Under the pieces are notes generated by a model that had not been told where the DNA came from, made no database searches, and worked only from the letters and a program-made list of their open reading frames with translations. Positions 16,954 through 25,081 of a DNA stretch of 52,641 nucleotides are shown in pieces (within the stretch, counting starts at the first letter, position 1; each line of letters opens with the position of its first letter). The DNA lies in assembly GCA_036170975.1 (NCBI GenBank), contig JAVHQE010000064.1, positions 1 to 52,641 of the forward strand. The letters run 5' to 3'. The position numbers and the translations under genes are program-made. The DNA is from Minisyncoccota bacterium. Its GTDB lineage: Bacteria > Patescibacteriota > Minisyncoccia > Phycocordibacterales > UBA1550.

Positions 16954-18855
16954 ATGGCAAAAATTTTAGGTATTGATTTAGGAACAACAAATAGCGCTGT
17001 CGCTATTATTGAAGGAGGCGAACCACGTATTGTAGAAAATATTGAGGGTGCACGTACCACACCGTCTATTGTTGCGGTGTCAAAAAGTGGCGAGCGCTTA
17101 GTGGGCTTATTGGCAAAACGACAGGCAGTAACAAATCCTCAGAATACACTTTTTGGGATTAAGCGTATGATCGGGCACACCTTTGAGGACGAAGGGGTAC
17201 AGCGGGACAAAAAAGTTGCGCCCTTTAGTATTGAAAAGTCACCAACCGGTGGTGTGATGGTAAAAATGGGGGATCGTCAATATCGTCCTGAAGAGATTTC
17301 TGCGATGGTACTTCAGAAATTGAAGGCAGATGCAGAAGCAAAACTTGGTGAAAAGATAACAGAGGCGGTAATTACGGTTCCTGCATACTTTAATGATTCA
17401 CAACGTCAGGCAACGAAAGATGCAGGGCAGATTGCTGGATTTGACGTAAAACGTATCATCAACGAACCAACTGCGGCGGCGCTTGCGTACGGTTTTAATA
17501 AAAAGAAAGACGAGAAGATCGTGGTATATGATATGGGTGGCGGTACTTTTGACGTGTCTATACTTGAGGTTGGGGGAGATGTTATTGAAGTGAAGTCTAC
17601 GGATGGTGATGTACATATGGGTGGTGAAGATATCGATCAAAAGATTATTCGCCATATCGCAAGCGAATTCAAAAAGGAATCAGGGATTGATGTTTCAAAT
17701 GATATTATGGCGCTCCAGCGACTCAAGGAGGCTGCAGAAAAAGCAAAACACGAGCTTTCGACAACCCTAGAGTCGGAGATAAATATTCCGTTCATCACCT
17801 CAGGCGCTGATGGTCCGAAACACTTACTCTTGAAACTTTCCCGCGCAACGCTCGAGGATCTTGCTCGTGAGTATATTGATAAATCAATTGAAATTACAAA
17901 GCGTGCTATTGCCGCCTCGCCTTTTAAAAAGGAAGATATCAATGAAATCATTATGGTTGGAGGGCAGACACGCATGCCAGCAATTGTAAATGCCGTAAAA
18001 GAACTTTTTGGGAAAGAACCAAATCGTTCTATCAACCCTGATGAAGTAGTTGCCATTGGAGCTGCTATTCAGGCAGGTATTTTACAGGGAGATGTAAAAG
18101 ATGTCTTGCTTCTCGACGTCATTCCTCTTTCTTTAGGGATTGAAACATTTGGAAATGTAGCAACAAAACTTATTGAAAAGAACACGACGATTCCTGCTTC
18201 ACGCTCGCAGGTATTTTCTACCGCAGCAGATAATCAGACGTCAGTGGAGATACACGTAGTACAAGGTGAACGTCCTATGGCTCCGGACAATAAGTCCCTT
18301 GGACGATTTATTCTCGACGGTATTCCACCAGCACATCGCGGTGTTCCTCAAGTGGAGGTAAGCTTTGATGTTGATGCGAACGGTATTTTGCAAGTAAAAG
18401 CAAAAGAAAAAACAACAGGAAAAGAACAATCGATTCGTATCGAGGCAAGCTCGGGACTTTCTAAGGATGATATCGCACGTATGCAAAAAGAAGCAGAGAT
18501 GAATGCAGAAGAAGACGCAAAGAAACGTGATAGTGCAGAATCAAAAAATGTTCTTGAACAAATGATTTATACAGCAGAGAAAGCACTTCGTGATAATGGA
18601 GATAAAATTTCCCCTGAAATTAAGACTGCGGTAGAAGAAAAAATTGCAACAGCAAAGACGGCAAGTGCGGGTGCAGACATTGAGGCAATGAAAAAGTCTG
18701 CAACAGATCTTTCAGAAGAAGTTTCAAAAATAGGTGAAGCAATGATGAAAGACTCAGAAGCCACAAAGAATCAAAGTTCTGAACCTGCGGGAGAAAAAAA
18801 AGAAGGAGGTGAGGGTACTGTACACGACGCTGAGTATAAAGAAGAAGGAAAGTAA
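16954..18855 (+). CDS. dnaK: molecular chaperone DnaK (Hsp70)
   Basis: The canonical N-terminus [14 protein letters not shown] begins at 16954. Full set of Hsp70 motifs. The track extension back to 16852 is rejected. Confidence 0.95.
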   Translation: MAKILGIDLGTTNSAVAIIEGGEPRIVENIEGARTTPSIVAVSKSGERLVGLLAKRQAVTNPQNTLFGIKRMIGHTFEDEGVQRDKKVAPFSIEKSPTGGVMVKMGDRQYRPEEISAMVLQKLKADAEAKLGEKITEAVITVPAYFNDSQRQATKDAGQIAGFDVKRIINEPTAAALAYGFNKKKDEKIVVYDMGGGTFDVSILEVGGDVIEVKSTDGDVHMGGEDIDQKIIRHIASEFKKESGIDVSNDIMALQRLKEAAEKAKHELSTTLESEINIPFITSGADGPKHLLLKLSRATLEDLAREYIDKSIEITKRAIAASPFKKEDINEIIMVGGQTRMPAIVNAVKELFGKEPNRSINPDEVVAIGAAIQAGILQGDVKDVLLLDVIPLSLGIETFGNVATKLIEKNTTIPASRSQVFSTAADNQTSVEIHVVQGERPMAPDNKSLGRFILDGIPPAHRGVPQVEVSFDVDANGILQVKAKEKTTGKEQSIRIEASSGLSKDDIARMQKEAEMNAEEDAKKRDSAESKNVLEQMIYTAEKALRDNGDKISPEIKTAVEEKIATAKTASAGADIEAMKKSATDLSEEVSKIGEAMMKDSEATKNQSSEPAGEKKEGGEGTVHDAEYKEEGK

Positions 18856-18901
18856 AATGTTTTAAGGAAAGGCGTGTGTGGCTTCGCTATCCGCGCCTTT
18901 C

Positions 18902-18910
18902 TGGTATAAT
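18902..18910 (+). promoter_or_regulatory. extended -10 promoter element (TGgTATAAT) upstream of dnaJ
   Basis: TG at 18902-18903 and TATAAT at 18905-18910, 11 nt upstream of the dnaJ ATG. Preceded by an 8-bp hairpin (18867-18901). Confidence 0.4.
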
Positions 18911-18921
18911 GGCACAATCAA

Positions 18922-20001
18922 ATGGCAAAAGATTATTATAAAATTCTTGGCGTAGATAAAAAGGCATCTCAGGACGAAATTAAAAAAGCATTTCGTAAAC
19001 TTGCGCACCAGCATCACCCTGATAAAGGGGGTGACGAAAATAAATTCAAAGAGGTGAGTGAAGCTTATCAGACTCTCTCTGATGAAAAAAAACGTGCTGA
19101 GTACGATACTTATGGTTCGGCAGACCATGGGCAAGGATTTGGAGGAGGGCAAGGAGGCTTTGATTATTCTGGTTTTGGTGGATTTCAAGGTGGGCAAGGG
19201 TTTGATGGAGTCGACCTCAATGACATCTTCGGTGATATCTTTGGTGGAGGTTTTTCTGGAGGAGGAAGACCTCAACCACGACGGGGGCGTGATATATCGG
19301 TCGATCTAGAACTTTCATTCTCTGAAAGTATCTTTGGGGTTGACCGAAAGGTAAAAATTACAAAAACTTCTTCATGTGAAATGTGTAAGGGTTCAGGAGG
19401 GAAACAGGGGACTACTATGAAAACATGCGGTGATTGTAATGGACAAGGGAGCATCAAAGAGATAAAGCGTTCATTTCTGGGGAACATTTCTCAAGTGCGT
19501 GAATGTACTACCTGTATGGGTTCTGGTAAGGTTCCCGAAGAAAAATGCCCAATTTGTAAAGGGCAAGGTGTCGTTCGCAAACAGGAAGATATTGTAATTC
19601 GGATTCCTGCAGGAATCCAGCATGGAGAGATGGTACGGCTAACAGGAGCAGGGGAGGCGGTGCAAAATGGTACTACGGGAGATTTATATGCGCGTATCTA
19701 CATTACTCCTCATAAAATTTTCTCCCGAGAGGGAAGTAATCTTGTTGCAACCCTTCGGGTGAAGTTTACTGACGCAATTCTCGGAGCAGAATATCCCTTC
19801 GAGACGCTAGAGGGTAATATACAAGTAAAAATTCCAAAAGGAATTTCATCAGGAGAGATTTTGCGTATTCGAGAGAAGGGAGTACCTCTAAATGGGAAAA
19901 AAATAGGGGACTTACTTCTTCGTATTGATATAAAAACACCCACAAAATTTTCAGGAAAGGCAGAGAGGCTCTTAAAAGAGTTACATGAAGAGGGGATCTA
20001 A
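18922..20001 (+). CDS. dnaJ: molecular chaperone DnaJ
   Basis: J domain ([11 protein letters not shown]), G/F-rich region, four CxxCxGxG repeats. Confidence 0.95.
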   Translation: MAKDYYKILGVDKKASQDEIKKAFRKLAHQHHPDKGGDENKFKEVSEAYQTLSDEKKRAEYDTYGSADHGQGFGGGQGGFDYSGFGGFQGGQGFDGVDLNDIFGDIFGGGFSGGGRPQPRRGRDISVDLELSFSESIFGVDRKVKITKTSSCEMCKGSGGKQGTTMKTCGDCNGQGSIKEIKRSFLGNISQVRECTTCMGSGKVPEEKCPICKGQGVVRKQEDIVIRIPAGIQHGEMVRLTGAGEAVQNGTTGDLYARIYITPHKIFSREGSNLVATLRVKFTDAILGAEYPFETLEGNIQVKIPKGISSGEILRIREKGVPLNGKKIGDLLLRIDIKTPTKFSGKAERLLKELHEEGI

Positions 20002-20008
20002 ACGTTGT

Positions 20009-20722
20009 ATGACTTTTTTTTCTTTTGTACCGTTTGTTTTACAGGCTGTTATGTGGATTACCGTGCGACCAGCATTGGCATTTTTTGCCCGCATACGTAT
20101 TCAGGGAAGAAAAAATATACCAAGAATACGAGGAGGGGTAATCCTTGCAATCAATCATTTGAGTGATTTCGATCCGATACTCATCCCCGCTACCCTCGGC
20201 CCTTTTTCGTGGATGATGCCTGTCTTTTCGGCATCCCTTGAGAAATCTTTCTACAAAGATACCCCCTTGGGCCCTCGCCCTTGGTTTATCAATTTTTTAT
20301 ATGGAGGAACTTTTTTTAAGATGTTGGGTGCTTATCCTGTTTTGATTGGCACAAAAGGGGACTATGAACGTTCTCTACAAAATCATATTAGATTTCTTGA
20401 GCGGGGTGAGACGGTAGGTATTTTCCCTGAGGGTCGTCGTAACAAAGATGGAGAAGTTGGAGAAGGAAAACCCGGTGTTGCGTATTTGGTATGGCGTACA
20501 GGGTGTCCCGTAGTCCCCGTTTCGATCCATGGGCACTATAAAATGCGCCCGCAAGATTTTTTTGCGCGCAAACATTCGATTACGATATCGTACGGCAAGC
20601 CAATCACCCGGGCGGAGCTTTTTGGTAAAAAGTTTGAAACGGCACAGCCTTCGCGAGACGAATTAAAAGATGTAACACAAATCATTATGTCGCATATTCG
20701 GAAGATGTATAAGAGGAGTTAG
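20009..20722 (+). CDS. plsC: 1-acyl-sn-glycerol-3-phosphate acyltransferase family protein
   Basis: NHLSDFD (HX4D) and FPEGRR motifs. The start is ambiguous: ATG 19985 overlaps dnaJ, so ATG 20009 is preferred. Confidence 0.8.
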   Translation: MTFFSFVPFVLQAVMWITVRPALAFFARIRIQGRKNIPRIRGGVILAINHLSDFDPILIPATLGPFSWMMPVFSASLEKSFYKDTPLGPRPWFINFLYGGTFFKMLGAYPVLIGTKGDYERSLQNHIRFLERGETVGIFPEGRRNKDGEVGEGKPGVAYLVWRTGCPVVPVSIHGHYKMRPQDFFARKHSITISYGKPITRAELFGKKFETAQPSRDELKDVTQIIMSHIRKMYKRS

Positions 20723-20807
20723 TTTTGTACGCGGTTGTTAAAATGTTATTTATGTGTTAGGATTCTAATCGGGTATATTTTTTTGTTCAATTACTGAGGA
20801 CTTTATT

Positions 20808-22139
20808 ATGGCTTCTATTAAACCAATTAGCGGGTTCCCTGAATGGCTACCTGCACAAAAACTTGTTGAAGAAGATTTTCTTTTGAAAATACGAAGGGTT
20901 TTTCAATTGCATGGGTATTCACCCATTGAAACTCCTGCCGTCGAACGTTCAAGCACGCTAGTTTCAAAAGGTGGAGATGAAAAAGAAATCTATCGGATCG
21001 AACGGCTACACGCTTCTTCTGAAGTTTCTGACGATAACGACTTGGCCCTTCACTTCGATTTAACTGTCCCTATGGCACGTTATGTTGCTCAACACGAGAG
21101 AGAACTCGCTTTTCCTTTCAAACGCTACCAAATGCAGCCAGTATGGAGAGGAGAACGTGCTCAGTCTGGTCGCTTTCGTCAGTTTTATCAATGTGATATT
21201 GATATCATCGGAAGGGGTAGTTTGCCACTTTCTTGTGATGCTGAAATTCCGTCGATTATGGCAGGCGTCTTACGTTCTTTGAACATTGGTGATTTTCAGA
21301 TTCGTATCAATAACAGAAAAATTCTGCAAGGTTTTTTATCTGGTGTTGGTATTGATGCTACACACCACAAAGCAGTAATGGGATGTATCGATAAAATTGA
21401 AAAAATTGGGGAAAGAGAGGTTCTCAGAGAAATACAGGAGATTTCAGGAGACAAGAGTTTTGATGCAAAAGTCATCTTACATTTTTTGTCACAAAAAGTA
21501 TCTCTCGATGGTCTTGAGGTGCTCCTTACTTTTTCAAAAGATCACTTATATCAGGAAGGCGTACGTGAACTTATTGAAGTTATTCAAATGTCGTTATCAA
21601 AAGGTGTTGCAAAACCTGAACTTGTCGTGGATTTAACGATTGCACGTGGCCTCGATTATTACACAGGAACTGTTTTTGAGACGCGTTTGGTACAGTATCC
21701 TCAAGTTGGGAGTGTGTGTTCTGGTGGAAGGTATGAGGATCTTGTCGGTGGCTTTGCGAAGGGTGATTTCCCTGGAGTGGGTATGTCTATTGGGCTTACG
21801 CGACTTCTTTCTCAGTTGTTTAAGTACGACGTCCTAGCCCCAAAAGCTCAGTCTTATTCAAAATTATTTCTTGTTCCCCTTTCTCAAGGAATAGAAGTTG
21901 TTGGCTATGTTGAAAAACTTGCGACAAAATTGCGCGGATGGGATGTTCCTTGCGAAGTTAGCTTAAGGGAAGGGAAGGTCTCTCGGCACATTGAGTATGC
22001 TAATAAAAAGGGGACTCAATATGTTGGTTTTGTCGGAGAGACAGAAGTTTCTGGTAACTATGTTCAGGTAAAAAACTTGGTGACGGGAGAGCAACAAGAA
22101 ATTAGCATTGCGGATGAGCTATTTTTCAAAAAGCTTTAA
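20808..22139 (+). CDS. hisS: histidine--tRNA ligase
   Basis: Class II motifs (RYQMQPVWRGERAQSGRFRQFYQCDIDIIG; GGRYEDLV; GVGMSIGLTRL) plus an anticodon-binding domain. Confidence 0.9.
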   Translation: MASIKPISGFPEWLPAQKLVEEDFLLKIRRVFQLHGYSPIETPAVERSSTLVSKGGDEKEIYRIERLHASSEVSDDNDLALHFDLTVPMARYVAQHERELAFPFKRYQMQPVWRGERAQSGRFRQFYQCDIDIIGRGSLPLSCDAEIPSIMAGVLRSLNIGDFQIRINNRKILQGFLSGVGIDATHHKAVMGCIDKIEKIGEREVLREIQEISGDKSFDAKVILHFLSQKVSLDGLEVLLTFSKDHLYQEGVRELIEVIQMSLSKGVAKPELVVDLTIARGLDYYTGTVFETRLVQYPQVGSVCSGGRYEDLVGGFAKGDFPGVGMSIGLTRLLSQLFKYDVLAPKAQSYSKLFLVPLSQGIEVVGYVEKLATKLRGWDVPCEVSLREGKVSRHIEYANKKGTQYVGFVGETEVSGNYVQVKNLVTGEQQEISIADELFFKKL

Positions 22140-22154
22140 TATTCAGTCACACTC

Positions 22155-22190
22155 AAAAATCCCCATGGTCACTGGTCATGGGGATTTTTT
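22155..22190 (+). terminator. rho-independent terminator after hisS
   Basis: aaaaatccccatg / catggggattttt stem followed by a T run. Confidence 0.8.
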
Positions 22191-22218
22191 ATAAGGTTGA
22201 AAAATTGGCCATTTTTTA

Positions 22219-22375
22219 ACTAGATTCCCTGTGGTCTCTGCCACAGGGCTCCCTGTAGGAAAGTTTGAAAACCCTCGGTTTTCAAGATAATCTTGTGCGG
22301 AGCCCTTACGATACCCCGCCGATATGGAGCGGTAGCGGAATGAGGGGACAGCTCTGCTGCGGGGAGGTTCATTGG
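22219..22375 (+). ncRNA. candidate structured RNA or riboswitch-like leader (unclassified)
   Basis: GC-enriched block (spot counts 48-57%) in an AT-rich spacer. Stems: ccctgtgg/ccacaggg (22227-22248), ttgaaaacc/ggttttcaa (22265-22285) enclosed by ggctcc/ggagcc, and ccccgc/gcgggg (22315-22364). No known family motif recognised. Confidence 0.4.
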
Positions 22376-22410
22376 AGATTTTGTTTAGTTTATGATAGTG
22401 TGGGGTTTAT

Positions 22411-22950
22411 ATGAATAGAAAATTACAAATTGGGGTTATGGGGTCTGCACAAGATCTTAATTATGGTGATGCTTTGCGTGACCTTGCGCGAGAAATAGGA
22501 AAAGAGGTTGCCCGTAGCGGTAATATTGTTCTGTATGGAGCAGAGAAAGATTACGACTCTCTTTCTACTCAAGCAGCAAAAGGAGCAAAAGAAGAAGGGG
22601 GTACAACTGTCGGGGTTACTTACGGGAAAGGGAAAGATATTTGGGAACAGGAAGGGTTTACTGACATTCTTATTGTCACAGGATTAGAAAGAGGGGGTGG
22701 CCGTGAATTTGTTTTAGTAAATTCATGCGACGCTATTATAGCGATATCTGGCGGGTCAGGGACTCTTACTGAAATAGCAATTGCTTATCAATCAAACATC
22801 CCTATCGTTGTTATGGCGAATACTGGAGGTTGGGCGGAAAAATTAGAAGGAGAATATCTTGATACGAGGAGTAGAATAAAAGCTGAAGTCGCCCATACTC
22901 CAAAGGAGGCAGTTGAAAAAGCGATAAGATTTTGCGATTTTAAAAAGTGA
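22411..22950 (+). CDS. LOG/SLOG-fold protein (TIGR00725-like Rossmann nucleotide-binding protein)
   Basis: N-terminal IGVMGSA and the ISGGSGTLTEIAIA (GGxGTxxE) signature of the LOG/lysine-decarboxylase-like family. Confidence 0.7.
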   Translation: MNRKLQIGVMGSAQDLNYGDALRDLAREIGKEVARSGNIVLYGAEKDYDSLSTQAAKGAKEEGGTTVGVTYGKGKDIWEQEGFTDILIVTGLERGGGREFVLVNSCDAIIAISGGSGTLTEIAIAYQSNIPIVVMANTGGWAEKLEGEYLDTRSRIKAEVAHTPKEAVEKAIRFCDFKK

Positions 22951-23031
22951 TTTTTGTTGCGTTAATCCTTACGGTATGGTAGCCTTGACAGGGGTTCTTT
23001 CTACTATGGTTCATATTTCTGGAGGTTTATT

Positions 23032-23997
23032 GTGAATAGTTCAACTAGCTTTTCTGGTAACGGCAGTCATCACCGACACTTTTCTGGGACACACTATGTG
23101 GTTTCCGAGGACGTCGATATCCTTGTTTCTCGTTGGTGCAAAAGAAAAGGATTCATCCCACCTAGCCTTGATTTTTATGTTTCTCAACGCGCTCGGACGA
23201 AAGCCTTTCTTCAGAATATCTTTGCGCGAGTTACTTTTATCGACGGGAAAGAGATACAGAATGGGTTGATTGCTTCTGTAGCTCAGCATAAAAAGAACGG
23301 TCTCATCGTGGTTGGCCTTGAACGGGTCTACCTCGAGGACTCTTTTTTTGATGCACGTATTGAAATTACACGAAGTGTTGATGGCGACAGAAGAGATATT
23401 CAGATTCCTATGCCACGCAAAGGCACACCTTCGAAGCGTGTCCAGTTCGAACAACTTCGAGGGAAGAACATTGCTCTGGTTGACGATGTGGTATTTTCTG
23501 GAAAAACACTCGTAGGTACGATTTCTGAACTCCATAAGTATCACGTAAATGTTCACGCAGTTACAGCAGCGATCGGTGTAAAAAATGGCGTGGATTACTT
23601 GAACAATGCGCAATTTGCTATTAGGGGGATGCCAGACCACCTGATTGTTCATTGTTTGGAAGAGTTTGATGGTGTAAGCGATCAGATTTGCGAAAGAGAT
23701 CTTTATCCAGGTGTTCCGTATTCAGGGCGTGAATTTTTTGGTGTTGAGAACTTCTCGTTCCCGTACGTGTACCCTTTTGGGCAGGTTCAGGAGTGGGCGT
23801 CAATTCCTGAAAAAGAAGCCAAACAATTCTCGCTCATTTGCCTTGAAAACACGATTGCACTGTTTGAAGAGATACAGAACTTAAATAATGTAGTCCTTAC
23901 ATGCCAAAATGTTCCAAGGCCTGTGTTCGGTTCTCCGAAAGACAGCACTCCATTCGTTTCGTTTCTTAAGGAGAAATGTGCATTATGTTTGAGTTAA
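23032..23997 (+). CDS. phosphoribosyltransferase-domain protein with unassigned N- and C-terminal regions
   Basis: GTG start 6 nt after GGAGG. PRPP-binding loop NIALVDDVVFSGKTL. About 130 aa upstream and about 150 aa downstream of the loop have no recognisable motif. Confidence 0.6.
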   Translation: MNSSTSFSGNGSHHRHFSGTHYVVSEDVDILVSRWCKRKGFIPPSLDFYVSQRARTKAFLQNIFARVTFIDGKEIQNGLIASVAQHKKNGLIVVGLERVYLEDSFFDARIEITRSVDGDRRDIQIPMPRKGTPSKRVQFEQLRGKNIALVDDVVFSGKTLVGTISELHKYHVNVHAVTAAIGVKNGVDYLNNAQFAIRGMPDHLIVHCLEEFDGVSDQICERDLYPGVPYSGREFFGVENFSFPYVYPFGQVQEWASIPEKEAKQFSLICLENTIALFEEIQNLNNVVLTCQNVPRPVFGSPKDSTPFVSFLKEKCALCLS

Positions 23998-24013
23998 GGT
24001 AATTTTTAGTTTT

Positions 24014-24052
24014 AGGGCCTATTACTTGTTAATAAGTAGTAGGCCCTTTTTT
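24014..24052 (+). terminator. rho-independent terminator
   Basis: agggcctattactt / aagtagtaggccct stem (14 bp, one G-U), 6-nt loop, T run. Confidence 0.8.
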
Positions 24053-24112
24053 ATTTTTATATAAATTTAAAGAAAAATTATTTGCGTTTTGCCATGGTTT
24101 TTGTTCTTTATT

Positions 24113-25048
24113 ATGAGTATGCTACAATTTATTAATAAAAGTTGTAGGTTTTTAATTTTTCAAAATATGAAAGTTTCCATTGATGATGATAATAGTATTG
24201 GGTACGAAAGGAATAGTTTACTTAAATCTTTTTTTAATAAACTTTATATACCATTTTTAAACCTCCTCCCTTCAAGTGCCCGAGGCTTTGTAAAGAATAC
24301 GCATACCTCTGCAAGAAATGTCATTGAAAAAGCAACGACTCATCACGCTATTGAGATTTTATATAAGTTTGGGGAACCTGAGAAGTCAAAAACGCTTCTT
24401 CAGAAGTTTTTTCATTATATCTGGTTCACTACGGATAATTCAAAAGCCGTACGAAATCGTTTACGGCTAGTCACCAAGAAATTAAAAGATGCGATTGCGG
24501 TACATCTTGCTTCTGGTAAACGAGTGAAAATATTAAGCGTAGCCGCGGGGTCAGCGCGCGCGATCCTCGATGCTACTTACATGCATGACCTAAAAGAGGT
24601 GGGGGCAGATGTTACCTTTTTGGATAAAAATCCGCAAGCGCATATCTATAGCAAGGGGCTTATCGAGAGTCGTCATTATAACAAAAATTATAAGTTTAAC
24701 TGGGTCGTTGACACTGCAAACAATTTCCCTCATTACTTTAAAGATGCTGGTAAGCCTAACATTATTGAGATTGTCGGATTATTGGACTATTTTGATGAAG
24801 CGGGGATCAAGAGATTATTTACTTCTGTTTTTCAAAATCTTGAGCAGGGGGGAGTTTTTATTACTTCAAATATCGTAGATAATCCAGAGCGTAGATTTAT
24901 AACAAAAGTAGTTGGTTGGCACATGCTTTACAAAAGACCTGAAGATTTTTACAAGATCGCACGAGAAGTTGGGTTCAAAGATGAAGAGCTGGAGTTTATT
25001 TATGAACCATTCAAGATTCATTTTATTATGATCGCGAACAAATCATAA
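24113..25048 (+). CDS. class I SAM-dependent methyltransferase-like protein
   Basis: Motif I-like VKILSVAAGSARAILDA, acidic FLDKNP, and post-I/II elements (IIEIVGLLDYF, GGVFITSNI). Start uncertain (track TTG 24089; ATG 24113 or 24167). Confidence 0.6.
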   Translation: MSMLQFINKSCRFLIFQNMKVSIDDDNSIGYERNSLLKSFFNKLYIPFLNLLPSSARGFVKNTHTSARNVIEKATTHHAIEILYKFGEPEKSKTLLQKFFHYIWFTTDNSKAVRNRLRLVTKKLKDAIAVHLASGKRVKILSVAAGSARAILDATYMHDLKEVGADVTFLDKNPQAHIYSKGLIESRHYNKNYKFNWVVDTANNFPHYFKDAGKPNIIEIVGLLDYFDEAGIKRLFTSVFQNLEQGGVFITSNIVDNPERRFITKVVGWHMLYKRPEDFYKIAREVGFKDEELEFIYEPFKIHFIMIANKS

Positions 25049-25081
25049 AAAGATTTCGTTTTTATGTGGTAAAATTATTCA

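Noticed and set aside
22219-22375. Assignment of the GC-rich spacer to a known RNA (tRNA, SRP/4.5S, RNase P, 6S, ykkC/PRPP, ZTP, c-di-GMP, TPP, glycine)
   Set aside because: I could not find the diagnostic conserved elements by eye: no T-loop GTTCRA with a proper acceptor, no GGAA-capped helix 8 with AGCA/GGAAG, no GAGGAAAGUCC P4, and no ACGR...GGGA arrangement. It is therefore reported only as an unclassified candidate.
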